Shown: positions 11,090 to 20,569 of the stretch, one piece after another
Position numbering within the stretch: the stretch's first letter is position 1
Layout: each line of letters starts with the position of its first letter
Source of the DNA: a virus
Lineage: Duplodnaviria; Caudoviricetes
Strand: one strand, 5' to 3'
IMG/VR virus record: IMGVR_UViG_2600255075_000001
Span: 32,001-96,000 of that record
DNA length: 64,000 bases
Notes under the pieces: model-generated
Databases searched by the model: none
What the model was told of the DNA's origin: nothing
The model's input: only the letters and a program-made list of their open reading frames with translations
Made by a program: the position numbers and the translations under genes

Positions 11090-11554
11090 TCACATTTTAT
11101 CCGCTCTTTGAGTTTTAAACCCTTCGTATCTAGGCAAATATAAGCAATGTAATATTGACTCAATTAAATTTAAAGTAAAGACGCCCAGTTTCGCATCTAT
11201 TTCTATGTCAATTCGATCAACATTGTTTTTAATCCAATCTCCTACTGTTGAACTTGAAAGTGAGTAGAACTCCATTGCCGGATCTAAAATAATTGACTTC
11301 GCGAGATTACTCTGTGAACTCTCCGGATTATAGTGCTGACTATAAAATCTAGCCTTGCTATTGCTTCCTGCTTTCCCTATTTTTAAATAATCTCCATTAA
11401 AGCTAAAAGTATAAACATACATCTTGCCTTGTTTAAAGGTACATTTATGCGGTCTTCCTCTGTTTACTATAGCTATCTGTTCATCGGTTGGATATATATT
11501 GACCTCGTTCAACATCTTATATAAAAGCTGCTTAACATCTTTGTTCATATCCAC
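11090..11554 (-). CDS. GIY-YIG-like nuclease domain protein
   Basis: VYTF...YLKIGKAG...R...H pattern with a downstream Glu. Confidence 0.5.
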   Translation of the reverse strand: MDMNKDVKQLLYKMLNEVNIYPTDEQIAIVNRGRPHKCTFKQGKMYVYTFSFNGDYLKIGKAGSNSKARFYSQHYNPESSQSNLAKSIILDPAMEFYSLSSSTVGDWIKNNVDRIDIEIDAKLGVFTLNLIESILHCLYLPRYEGFKTQRADKM

Positions 11555-11808
11555 GAACGATCACTTCCTATAAAAGATTCGTTTTATTAGATTTACTCAA
11601 CCAAATGCCATTTCTGATTTATATATCCATATTTAAATTCATCAGTGGGATACCATGACTTTCCATCATCTATAGAATCAACAAGTTGATCCCCTTTCTT
11701 TTTAAATAAGATCCCGTAATCATCTCGTACTGTATGACCTATTTCCATCATTCTGAACGCCTCAAATATGCTCACTTCTTATCTCCCATTCCTCATAAAA
11801 GGCTAATT

Positions 11809-12171
11809 TTAACTAGATATGTTTTTAACACTGAAAGTACTGAAATATTTTAATTCCAAACCAACTACTTTCAATTCGTCGGCATATACTTCAGATTTAT
11901 TACCTTCAACAACAATACTAAATTCTATGTTTGAACCATCGAATTCTAAGCGTGTGACTTTATATTTTTTCTCAAGTATCTTTCTGATTTTTGGCTTTAA
12001 TACACACCCTAAACAATGCGTTTCCCCTTTTACGGTTTTCCACCCGCTTTTTTTTGCCCATTTCAGACAGGATTTCTTATTATAAAATTGTGAAACGCCC
12101 CAATCCGTACTTGCCCAACAACCACACGAATCGCAATTCATGTCATATAAAGCTACTACTTTCATTGTCAC
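11809..12171 (-). CDS. Hypothetical Cys-rich protein
   Basis: CDSCG and HCLGC motifs. Confidence 0.55.
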   Translation of the reverse strand: MTMKVVALYDMNCDSCGCWASTDWGVSQFYNKKSCLKWAKKSGWKTVKGETHCLGCVLKPKIRKILEKKYKVTRLEFDGSNIEFSIVVEGNKSEVYADELKVVGLELKYFSTFSVKNISS

Positions 12172-12191
12172 CGCCCTTTCTCATAAAAGAC

Positions 12192-12476
12192 TCATTTTAT
12201 TTGCTCAATAATTGCTTCCATTTCATTAATGTTATGTTCTAAAATACTTTTCAGTTTATCTAATGATTCATTCTTTGCTTCATTAATATCCTTACTCTTT
12301 AGCTCTATTTTATCTAAATCGAGATATCTCGAACTTAGCAGCCACATGTCAGAACCATAATGAATATGTCTGTGAACCATAATATCAGCCTTATTAATAA
12401 CTGCGGTCCAAGATCTAGGCTCTGTGTCCTTTCTTTTTCTTTGACTATAAGATGTAGTGTCTTTCCATGTAATCAT
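12192..12476 (-). CDS. Hypothetical phage protein
   Basis: 94-aa ORF with a GGAGGAG RBS. Confidence 0.65.
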   Translation of the reverse strand: MITWKDTTSYSQRKRKDTEPRSWTAVINKADIMVHRHIHYGSDMWLLSSRYLDLDKIELKSKDINEAKNESLDKLKSILEHNINEMEAIIEQIK

Positions 12477-12549
12477 ATGTTTCTCCTCCTTATCCGATAA
12501 AAGAATTGTTTTATCGTGTTTCTCCTGTATAAGGTTATTACTGCTCAGC

Positions 12550-13203
12550 TTAACATAATTTAGGAGATCTAGTTAGCACAGAGTTTAATTGTTTGTTTTT
12601 AGTAATAACGATTGGTAATACACATTCTTCTACTAAATCAACCATAAACCTATTTGTTTCTGAATCACTCTCCAAACTTTTATTTGTAATGATAAAATTG
12701 TTAAGCTCATCTTCTAATCTCTTTCCCCAATTGATACAATTATGCAAATGCGTTTTCCCATTGCTACCATATTCATTATTATCAATTGACGTAATCGTTT
12801 TATCGTTCCAGTATCCATAAGGTGTGATATATGGGAAAAGCCATCCGTCATTTTTATTTTTTTCATACCAATTGTTGAGATATTTTAATAAAAGGACAAC
12901 ATCAATCCCTAACTCTTTTTTCGTTATCAATGTTAATCTTTTTAACTTTAAATTATCTAAACTAATTTCAAGTACGTTCTCATACTCCCTCATAAAAGAA
13001 TGGTAGTCTGACTCATACGTAGAAATAAAATCATCAATTTCGAAAATTAATTCTTCTACCTGTTCTTCGGCATCATCATATGAAAGGCTGTTTATTCTAT
13101 CAACAATTTCATTTCGATCTTCTTCTTGATCATTTATTATTTTGTCCCAGAAGGTCATTGAACGTTTATTTACACTTTTCTTCCTCATCTTCACATTTTT
13201 CAT
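12550..13203 (-). CDS. Hypothetical protein
   Basis: 217-aa ORF. Confidence 0.6.
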   Translation of the reverse strand: MKNVKMRKKSVNKRSMTFWDKIINDQEEDRNEIVDRINSLSYDDAEEQVEELIFEIDDFISTYESDYHSFMREYENVLEISLDNLKLKRLTLITKKELGIDVVLLLKYLNNWYEKNKNDGWLFPYITPYGYWNDKTITSIDNNEYGSNGKTHLHNCINWGKRLEDELNNFIITNKSLESDSETNRFMVDLVEECVLPIVITKNKQLNSVLTRSPKLC

Positions 13204-13242
13204 TAGCTAATCACTTCCCATAAAAGTATTATTTCATCTAAA

Positions 13243-13656
13243 TTAACTTATAGAAAGATCTCTAAATAACATTTTAATCAACTCATAATATAATGCGAAA
13301 GCAGCCGAAAGAACAGCAAATCCCAATCCCCAAAATAATACTATTGCAACAAAATACCAATATGACAACTTCAAGTTCATGCGTTTGGGCGAAGCTACAT
13401 ATACCATTCCACCAATAATCAATAGTGTTATGGTGATCAAAAAAGTAGATAATAATAATAGCGCAGCAACGCCCCACAATTCTAATTTCAACAATTTACC
13501 AATGGCGAAGTTGGAGTAAAAATAAACTCCAGAGACACCAAAAATGGTAAAGATCCCACTAATGATCCCTAGTTTTGTGCTTGCGGGACCATCTTTAAAT
13601 TCTTTCCAAAGTTCAGTCGCAAAGTTAATCTTTCCTTCACTCACTCTTAGCGCCAT
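13243..13656 (-). CDS. Membrane protein (about 3 TM segments)
   Basis: Hydrophobic stretches. Confidence 0.65.
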   Translation of the reverse strand: MALRVSEGKINFATELWKEFKDGPASTKLGIISGIFTIFGVSGVYFYSNFAIGKLLKLELWGVAALLLLSTFLITITLLIIGGMVYVASPKRMNLKLSYWYFVAIVLFWGLGFAVLSAAFALYYELIKMLFRDLSIS

Positions 13657-13679
13657 CCATTTCCCATAAAATATTTGTT

Positions 13680-13967
13680 TTATTGTCTTTTGTACATTAA
13701 GACGCTCGAAGCCTTATTATCATAATAGAACTTCATATTTCGAGAGTCATCTTTAGACAGCGGTATAAGATGTATTTCAGCCCTGTGTTCATAATCTTTC
13801 TTTTTTAGAGTCCAATCTAGATTGTAATTCACAAAATCATAACCATCGCAGAGTACACATACATCTATGTCACTATCAATATGTGCGCGCCCTGTCACTT
13901 GAGATCCAATAATTAAGACTTCGTCTACAAAATCAAAACTTGCAAGATAATCCGTAAACTTCTTCAA
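13680..13967 (-). CDS. Minimal nucleotidyltransferase (MNT) domain protein
   Basis: IGSQVTG...SDIDVCV motif; TTG start after GAGGGG. Confidence 0.8.
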   Translation of the reverse strand: MKKFTDYLASFDFVDEVLIIGSQVTGRAHIDSDIDVCVLCDGYDFVNYNLDWTLKKKDYEHRAEIHLIPLSKDDSRNMKFYYDNKASSVLMYKRQ

Positions 13968-14244
13968 ATTGAACCCCTCAGTTGTATTCACTGTCTGTAT
14001 CTCCTTCCGGAAAGTATCATTACTATTTGTAATCCCATAGCCTAACAGAATCCTGGTCAAACTCCTCAACTACACCGTTGTACAATTTAATTTTAACCTT
14101 TGAAATAACATCTTTCGAAAATCCTTGGTATGAACCGGGGTGCTCCAGATAAACAACGCCGTTTCTTCCTTTTCCTGATACAATCACTTTATCATTAATT
14201 TTCATAAGTCATCCTCCTAATGAAATTGTTGTTTTATCGGCCGC

Positions 14245-15024
14245 CTATTTTCTAAAAGTTCTTTCGTAGTCTTCAAAACGAATCTTACGAATCTGTTTTC
14301 TGTCTGCAGAGCGAGCAATTATACCTTCCGACTCTCCAATAGCATCAATGCCTACCTTTGTTTGCTCAAAGTTTCTCAAATATCGATAGGTCTCCTCTAA
14401 GGTAACTGGGAACTCTGATCCATACACTTCGTCCAGAAGTGGAGCCCATTCCAACCCATTCGCCTGAACAAATTTCCCCCTCTCTTCCTCGTTATAAAAA
14501 GGTTGATTTCCATGTTCGCGCCATTCAGCGATTTTTTCACTGGATAAAGATAGAAGGTTTTCAAGTTCATTCACGGTTAAGGAGAATACATCAAACACCT
14601 TATATGATTGCGTTTTACTGTCCGTATAATTCTTCGCTGCCTTTGTCTTACCGCCGTAAGATTCCTGATATACGACTGTCAATGCCCAATCCCCACTAGG
14701 AAAGTTATCTTCGACAAATCTTTCTGCCATTGGCTTAAGGAAATTTGCTATATTCCCATATGGATTTCCAATACGATCTCCCTTGGCATAAAGCAGTTCT
14801 TCTCTTGAGCCAATTAAATAGTCAATTTCATCAAATTGATTCCTAAAGAAAATAATACGTGAGTTCTCGCCATCTACTTTCTCATACACAAAAATTTTAT
14901 CTGAATCAGTTAGATACCCTCTTTCTTCTACTGCTTCTTCAGTTAGTTTTCCTCTTTCACCTAGTTTATGATATGTAAGGATGCTTGGATATTTCGTAAT
15001 CGAATTAATTTTTTTAAGATCCAC
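14245..15024 (-). CDS. ATP-dependent RNA ligase family protein
   Basis: Motif I EKVDGEN, VFDV, motif IV EGII and terminal KIR; no OB domain. Confidence 0.8.
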   Translation of the reverse strand: MDLKKINSITKYPSILTYHKLGERGKLTEEAVEERGYLTDSDKIFVYEKVDGENSRIIFFRNQFDEIDYLIGSREELLYAKGDRIGNPYGNIANFLKPMAERFVEDNFPSGDWALTVVYQESYGGKTKAAKNYTDSKTQSYKVFDVFSLTVNELENLLSLSSEKIAEWREHGNQPFYNEEERGKFVQANGLEWAPLLDEVYGSEFPVTLEETYRYLRNFEQTKVGIDAIGESEGIIARSADRKQIRKIRFEDYERTFRK

Positions 15025-15262
15025 TTATTAATTCCTCCAATGAAATTATCTTTTTATTAGATGGCACAATATAAATCGTATTGATATCATCTAATCGTAA
15101 TTTTTCGAAATCAAATTGTTCGTTCAAATTTTGCCATACATACTAATTCATCAGAGATCCAGAAAATTCCTTTCCCTTTTGATGTTCAAACCTCAGTTCC
15201 TGCAGGAATTTCTCTTTTTAACCTCCGAAATATAGACGACTTATGTATTGATCTTTGTGTTA

Positions 15263-15291
15263 AATATAATACTTCAAATGATTTTTGTCAA
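15263..15291 (-). promoter_or_regulatory. Sigma-A promoter upstream of the RNA ligase cluster
   Basis: TTGACA-17 nt-TATATT with an A-rich upstream tract. Confidence 0.65.
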
Positions 15292-15350
15292 TAACTTATA
15301 TACTTTTATTTTATAAATTTGTGAAGCTGCTCACCAGCTTCTAATTGTAC

Positions 15351-15560
15351 TTATACATGAAAAATTGAGGACTCCGGCTTCTCAGAGCGGTAATATTCTA
15401 ATTGAAGCAACATCTTATCTTCGGTTCGATAAAATTTAGCGTACGGCCTAGAACCGGCTAGGTTAGCTGCTGTTAGAACATTCATCACTTTGGTTTTTAA
15501 GCCAAAATAGATGTCGCAACCTTTATCGCTATAAACAAGACCAATCGTGTAATCGTTCAT
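15351..15560 (-). CDS. Small hypothetical protein, putatively SOS-regulated
   Basis: 69-aa ORF with RBS; a LexA-like box lies upstream. Confidence 0.6.
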   Translation of the reverse strand: MNDYTIGLVYSDKGCDIYFGLKTKVMNVLTAANLAGSRPYAKFYRTEDKMLLQLEYYRSEKPESSIFHV

Positions 15561-15622
15561 TATGAGCTCCCCTTTTGGTTATCCCGGTTGTCGTATTTAG
15601 GCTTATCATGCAGAAAAATATA

Positions 15623-15636
15623 AGAACATGAGTTCG
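15623..15636. promoter_or_regulatory. LexA/DinR (Cheo) box
   Basis: AGAACATGAGTTCG (GAAC-N4-GTTC) just downstream of a minus-strand TGGTATAAT extended -10. Confidence 0.65.
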
Positions 15637-15929
15637 CTTTTTTTCTCATTATACCATGAGCAATAAACAAAGAATACAATAATTAGCCTTTAATTAGGGA
15701 AATATAATTTGCATTTTAACTTCCTCTTCTAAACTGTAAGATATATAACAATATGTCCGTTTGTCCATTCAATATCATTATATCTGTTAATAATGGTAAC
15801 ACCTTACATATTATATTGCATCATTAAAATATGGTCGTTTTTCTTCGAATTTTAATATTTACTTTTTTAAAATTACCATTTTATGTATCGAATAATGTCG
15901 AAATAGCTGTAGACAACCTTTTGCTTAAC

Positions 15930-15960
15930 AAAAAATACCGCATTACTTCATGCGGTATTT
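15930..15960 (-). terminator. Intrinsic terminator of the agr-like operon
   Basis: AAATACCGCA-N8-TGCGGTATTT hairpin with a T tract on the minus strand. Confidence 0.75.
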
Positions 15961-15963
15961 AAT

Positions 15964-16479
15964 CTAATGAAAGGTTGTCTTTTTAATGCCAATAGGCGAG
16001 TATTCAAACCTATCATTACAAACATCCATGTCTTTACTTAGGTGAGTTTTTAAAAAGTCTCTAATAACTCTATCCTGGATGCCTGCGACGAAAGGATGTT
16101 TAGTGTAATCGGCCTCAGTAAAATATATATTCCTCAACTTTGAGTCAAATTTTTTGATTTTCGGTATATTGATAGCTAGTCGCTTGTCTACAAACAGAAA
16201 TCCCTCTTCTTCCGAAATCATACCTATCAAATCTAAATGCTTATCGTGATATTTATAAGTCTTAGTTATAGTATGAACCATTGTTTCCTTACCCGGTTTA
16301 TCAACAAACAAAATATCATTGATATCTATCCATATCAGAGCATTATCCTCAACAGTCATAATCGTTCTGGGCTTATACTCACTATTCACTTTCTCCGCTA
16401 TCTCCAATACATCTGACTCGCAGAGCAAAGATCCAACTTTATTAAACAATGCCTCCCTAACGAATTTGATAATGGACAT
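15964..16479 (-). CDS. LytTR DNA-binding protein without a receiver domain
   Basis: WIDINDILFVD...TMVHT...FLFVDKRLAINIPKIKKFD LytTR pattern; ATG at 16479 after AAAGGTGA. Confidence 0.8.
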   Translation of the reverse strand: MSIIKFVREALFNKVGSLLCESDVLEIAEKVNSEYKPRTIMTVEDNALIWIDINDILFVDKPGKETMVHTITKTYKYHDKHLDLIGMISEEEGFLFVDKRLAINIPKIKKFDSKLRNIYFTEADYTKHPFVAGIQDRVIRDFLKTHLSKDMDVCNDRFEYSPIGIKKTTFH

Positions 16480-16549
16480 ATTAATCACCTTTACTTTTTT
16501 AGTCCCCTTGATATTAGATACCAAGGGGCCAATTGGTTTTATAGCTTTT

Positions 16550-16666
16550 TCACTTTCTAACTTTTGGTTCATGGAACCAGATGTTAACTTTATCTACAGT
16601 ATTTTGCTCATTCTTTTTACCAATTTTCATGATTGCTTTCCCAAACCCTACGATAATTTTATTCAT
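16550..16666 (-). CDS. agrD: AgrD-like autoinducer peptide precursor (38 aa; absent from the ORF track)
   Basis: MNKIIVGFGKAIMKIGKKNEQNTVDKVNIWFHEPKVRK has an amphipathic leader and a WFHEP tail. Strong AAAGGAGG RBS; in an operon with agrB. Confidence 0.75.
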   Translation of the reverse strand: MNKIIVGFGKAIMKIGKKNEQNTVDKVNIWFHEPKVRK

Positions 16667-17381
16667 TTATAGGTCCTCCTTTCAAATTTTTCGATTCGAA
16701 TTTACTAATATGGTAGCTAGTTTCATCCGAATTTCTTCTATATGAAAAATACAGGAATAAGCAAAAGAGTGTAAAGATTGCTATAGAGTACATGTAATAG
16801 CTGCCGTACTTTACAGGGGTGTCTACTAAAGTATAACCTGCAGAAAGGATTAGAATAATGAACAACGATACATGAAAATAAATTGTGGTTTTTTTATCAA
16901 TAGATCTAAAACCAAAAGCAAATCCTTGTTTCATAATCATAATGTATACGGAAATTGTATAGGCAATAAGTGAACAAATTACTTGAGATATATCTGATTT
17001 ATAGTTCATCGGTAGTGTAGCCTCTTCAAATGTTGAGAAGAACCCAGAGCGAACACTTAGGTGAACATAAACGGTTTGTATTAAGACGTAAAACACATTT
17101 CCTGCGATAACAACCCAGGTTGAATAAAGCCAGTTTTTTTCTTTGAAAACGTTCCTAATTAGAAGTATCAATGCTCCTATTTGAACAATCGTCATCACTG
17201 CTAATAGATCATACTCATAAAGTAAGAATGAAAGCACGGACATTAGTAAGCTGGTGAATAAAATCTCTCTCTTGTAGTACTGTAATTTGAAACCAAAAAT
17301 AGTCAGTGATAATACGATTAACGCACTGAACTCCAAAAAGGAAAGGAATATGTACCTAGCCGCAATCAACATGATTGTCAT
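16659..17381 (-). CDS. Polytopic membrane protein resembling the AgrC sensor domain, with no kinase domain
   Basis: About 7 TM segments and a short cytoplasmic tail with no H-box or HATPase; lies between agrB and agrD. Confidence 0.7.
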   Translation of the reverse strand: MTIMLIAARYIFLSFLEFSALIVLSLTIFGFKLQYYKREILFTSLLMSVLSFLLYEYDLLAVMTIVQIGALILLIRNVFKEKNWLYSTWVVIAGNVFYVLIQTVYVHLSVRSGFFSTFEEATLPMNYKSDISQVICSLIAYTISVYIMIMKQGFAFGFRSIDKKTTIYFHVSLFIILILSAGYTLVDTPVKYGSYYMYSIAIFTLFCLFLYFSYRRNSDETSYHISKFESKNLKGGPINE

Positions 17382-17898
17382 GCACGCCCTTTGTAAAATA
17401 GATAAGGTGAATCGCCTGTATAAATATAGCGGCGCTAATGATAGCTGATCGATATATATATATATTGCCTGTTACTATAATGAGGCCGATTATCTTATAG
17501 AGTAAAAAGTTTTTGTTAAATGACATTCCCTTTCTAAAAGGTCCAAATAAAATAATAAGAAAGAACGATAAGCTGTCCATGAGCAACTTGTAATCATCAA
17601 CCGCATGCCCTATGTATGGTATTACAATAATAAGAGTAACAGTATATAGAACGCATAAGTCACTTGAAGGAAGGTGATGTCCTCCCAAAATAGCGCGCAT
17701 TACACCCAAAAGAACCATTCCGAGCAAAGTTTCAATTACCCTATTGGTGACTACTGATAAAATCAATACCAACAAAATTATCAACCCAAAATTTATTATC
17801 TTTTTTAAGCCTCGTTCTAATTCATCTTTTTTTAATTTATTTAAAGTATCCTTGTTTAGAATCCAATCAGTAAGTGTTTCTGCGAGGTAATAAACCAG
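17356..17898 (-). CDS. agrB: AgrB family peptide-processing membrane protease (probable CTG start)
   Basis: MRAILGGHHLPSSDLC carries the catalytic His and Cys; TM helices. Confidence 0.85.
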   Translation of the reverse strand: MVYYLAETLTDWILNKDTLNKLKKDELERGLKKIINFGLIILLVLILSVVTNRVIETLLGMVLLGVMRAILGGHHLPSSDLCVLYTVTLIIVIPYIGHAVDDYKLLMDSLSFFLIILFGPFRKGMSFNKNFLLYKIIGLIIVTGNIYIYRSAIISAAIFIQAIHLIYFTKGVHDNHVDCG

Positions 17899-18040
17899 TC
17901 GTCCACCACTCCTTCCATTATCCACCTTTAATATAGTTGTTCTCAGTAAATCGCACAAGAATTATTTTCCTATTACTAATATATCATTATAATATTTTAT
18001 TGTAAAGTTTTATTATTATGTTAAAAATAACCCGACAGGG

Positions 18041-19042
18041 TTATTGTTCATACACTTTTATGATCGTTTCAACATTCAAAAAATCCTCTTTAAGTCGGTG
18101 GTAGTTATATACCTCATAACCATTATTCATAACTTTTGATATACCAAACTTCTCACTTATTTCTTCATAATGATCTTTTTTAATTTCTCCATGCTTATCA
18201 TAAAAGCTTTTGGCCATATAGAGCATTCCAGAATTTCTTATTATATATGGCGACAAAACTCTTACCCAATCATCGTTATAACTTTTAACTGCCGCGATTC
18301 TCCGTTGAATCAAAAATTTATCTGCCTTACCATTAGTCTGACTGCGAGTAATAACATTCCTCAATACATAATCGCTCTGTTCTAAGTTAGCCTCTGCTGA
18401 CGATCTCATAGTGGGCTTTAGAATACCATTTTTTTTAATATAGGTCTTTTGATCAAGAGCTTTATACATTAAATTCATAAAATCTGAAGACACGTTGATA
18501 ACTCTCTCGTGTTCGCCGTCTGTTAAAGAAATCAGATTCTCACTCACGATGCTTTGACGCTTCAGATTTAGCAATTCATCGTAGCCACTTTTACCAAAAA
18601 CGCCTTCAAAGATTGCGATTATCGGAAATGCATCTTGAGCATTTACACACACACTAATCATACTATCAATTTCATCTTTTGTATAAAGCGACTTTTTAGA
18701 TATATCTATAAACTTTTTAAAATAATTATTTTCTGCCAGCACATCTAATGGATTAATATTTGTATCTCTCAGGTCCTGTTCTATTCCCCATCTTATATAG
18801 TTCTGGACCATATAAAAGTTCGAGCGGCTGGCATTCAGAGTTGATGGATTTAGGTAATGAAGTAAATTTTCAATCTGATCCAGCGTAAAATTATACAAAT
18901 CTTGCCCATATGTTTCTTCTATTGATTTGGCCCTTGAAAGAATTCTACGCGCTTGGAGTGAAGTAGTCTCTGGCAGAGAGTTTACGTATCTCATTTTTTG
19001 ATACTCGTTAAAATACCCGCCTTCATAAATTTTGTTTGACAT
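18041..19042 (-). CDS. Tyrosine-recombinase-fold repressor, MrpR (SPbeta YopR)-like
   Basis: Integrase-like fold lacking the RHRY tetrad; IRNSGMLY motif; follows the YopQ-like gene as in SPbeta. Confidence 0.7.
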   Translation of the reverse strand: MSNKIYEGGYFNEYQKMRYVNSLPETTSLQARRILSRAKSIEETYGQDLYNFTLDQIENLLHYLNPSTLNASRSNFYMVQNYIRWGIEQDLRDTNINPLDVLAENNYFKKFIDISKKSLYTKDEIDSMISVCVNAQDAFPIIAIFEGVFGKSGYDELLNLKRQSIVSENLISLTDGEHERVINVSSDFMNLMYKALDQKTYIKKNGILKPTMRSSAEANLEQSDYVLRNVITRSQTNGKADKFLIQRRIAAVKSYNDDWVRVLSPYIIRNSGMLYMAKSFYDKHGEIKKDHYEEISEKFGISKVMNNGYEVYNYHRLKEDFLNVETIIKVYEQ

Positions 19043-19062
19043 TAGCGATTACTCCCTCTAAT

Positions 19063-20358
19063 TCAAGATATCCAACTCTTAATATCAATTTTTTCGAAGT
19101 GATCTTTTACTAACTTTTGCAGACGAGACGAAGCTCCTTTGTTGTAAGTAACCACTTTATCTAGCTCTTTAACTTCTTCAATAATTGTCTCAATGACATT
19201 CTTTATTTTACTAAACGACACATCGTTTTCTTTAAATATTTTTGCAATAACAATGTACCCAATAAACATGCGCGGCTGCCTTAGAAGACTTGTTTTTGTA
19301 TTGAACTCATCATCAAAAACCCCTAGCAAATTGTTGAAGAAGTCTGTTAAATATACCCCAACTTCCTTTGCTTCGAAAGCAGTTTTTGGCTCAAATACCT
19401 GGTCGATTGCATTTGCTAAAATATCTGTAGTCGTGTAATGGCCTGCCAATTCGCTAATCTTTGAACCTGAGGCAATCTTTCCTTTGAGATCGGAATTGAT
19501 CTGTAATTGTTTAACGGCAACATAAGAAACTTTCTCTTGTTTGAGTTGCTCAAGTCGTTCAGTTTTAACTACGTTGATAGTGTTAATTTGACCAAAATAC
19601 TTTTTAGCGGTATCTGTGTCATAAACTCGTATACTCAATATTATATCTTGCTGCAGATCCGGATTAACAGATAAAGCCCTTACTGCTCCTTGAAGTCGGT
19701 GAAATCCATCAAGAATAGAGATGGTAGCTCCTTCCTTAATAGTCAAGACTTTAGATTTTGGATTGTATGTTATCGGATCGAAATCCTCAGAATAGACGTT
19801 TAGAGTAATCATATCAGGCAGATATGTTTCATTTAACATATGTTCTGCAATATCTTTTACGCTTTGCAAATTAACATCTGGTACAGGGACAACCCCATCT
19901 CTTCCCTTTTTATATTTGGCGCTTCTCTGTGTTTCGAAATCGTAAACAATAATCTTGTTATGGTACCATTTTACTGGCTCCGAAATTTTAATTGTAGTAA
20001 CAAAATTTTCATGATCAATTTGTAGCACACTGTTAATCGATATAGGAAGATTAACATCTTTAACTTCCTTGCCTGTATACTTCCTTGCTTCTGATATCTC
20101 ACCTTCAGTAAAATAATTTTCTGCTCTCACTTCGTCAGACCCATCAATTTTAAATACGGCCATTGAGATAAGACAGAGAACAGCGGTATCAATTTCTCCA
20201 AGTAAATTTTCGTTTTTAATAATTTCGTTAAAAAATCCAGAAGGTATGTCATATTCGGATAAATTTTTATTTACTTCCTCAATATTTTTTCTTTTATATT
20301 TTATTCTTTCTATTGCATTAGTCAGATTGCTTTCAAGTTCGCTACGGTCACGCAACAT
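19063..20358 (-). CDS. DndB/ParB-like DGQHR-family protein (SPbeta YopQ-like)
   Basis: ILDGFHR motif; synteny with the YopR-like gene. Confidence 0.75.
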   Translation of the reverse strand: MLRDRSELESNLTNAIERIKYKRKNIEEVNKNLSEYDIPSGFFNEIIKNENLLGEIDTAVLCLISMAVFKIDGSDEVRAENYFTEGEISEARKYTGKEVKDVNLPISINSVLQIDHENFVTTIKISEPVKWYHNKIIVYDFETQRSAKYKKGRDGVVPVPDVNLQSVKDIAEHMLNETYLPDMITLNVYSEDFDPITYNPKSKVLTIKEGATISILDGFHRLQGAVRALSVNPDLQQDIILSIRVYDTDTAKKYFGQINTINVVKTERLEQLKQEKVSYVAVKQLQINSDLKGKIASGSKISELAGHYTTTDILANAIDQVFEPKTAFEAKEVGVYLTDFFNNLLGVFDDEFNTKTSLLRQPRMFIGYIVIAKIFKENDVSFSKIKNVIETIIEEVKELDKVVTYNKGASSRLQKLVKDHFEKIDIKSWIS

Positions 20359-20420
20359 AATAAAAACTCCTTCCTTCATACCACATACTATAGTCATTAT
20401 ATCACAGATTGTTGACTATA

Positions 20421-20494
20421 AATAATAAAAATATACACAGAAATACATCTCATGAAAAGCCTTATTGCTTTGAGATATATCCCTATGTATATTT
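20421..20494 (-). terminator. 24-bp-stem hairpin with U-rich tail upstream of the yopQ/yopR-like operon
   Basis: Arms 20429-20452 and 20471-20494 match at 20/24; all four mismatches become G-U pairs in minus-strand RNA. Confidence 0.55.
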
Positions 20495-20569
20495 TCAATT
20501 TAATTAACGTATTATTTTACAATAAAATCTTGTTTTTATAGGTTAATGCTATGAAAGAAGCTCCACGCT

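Noticed and set aside
18041-19042. Possible prophage integrase
   Set aside because: It lacks the catalytic RHRY set, and synteny fits an MrpR-like repressor better.
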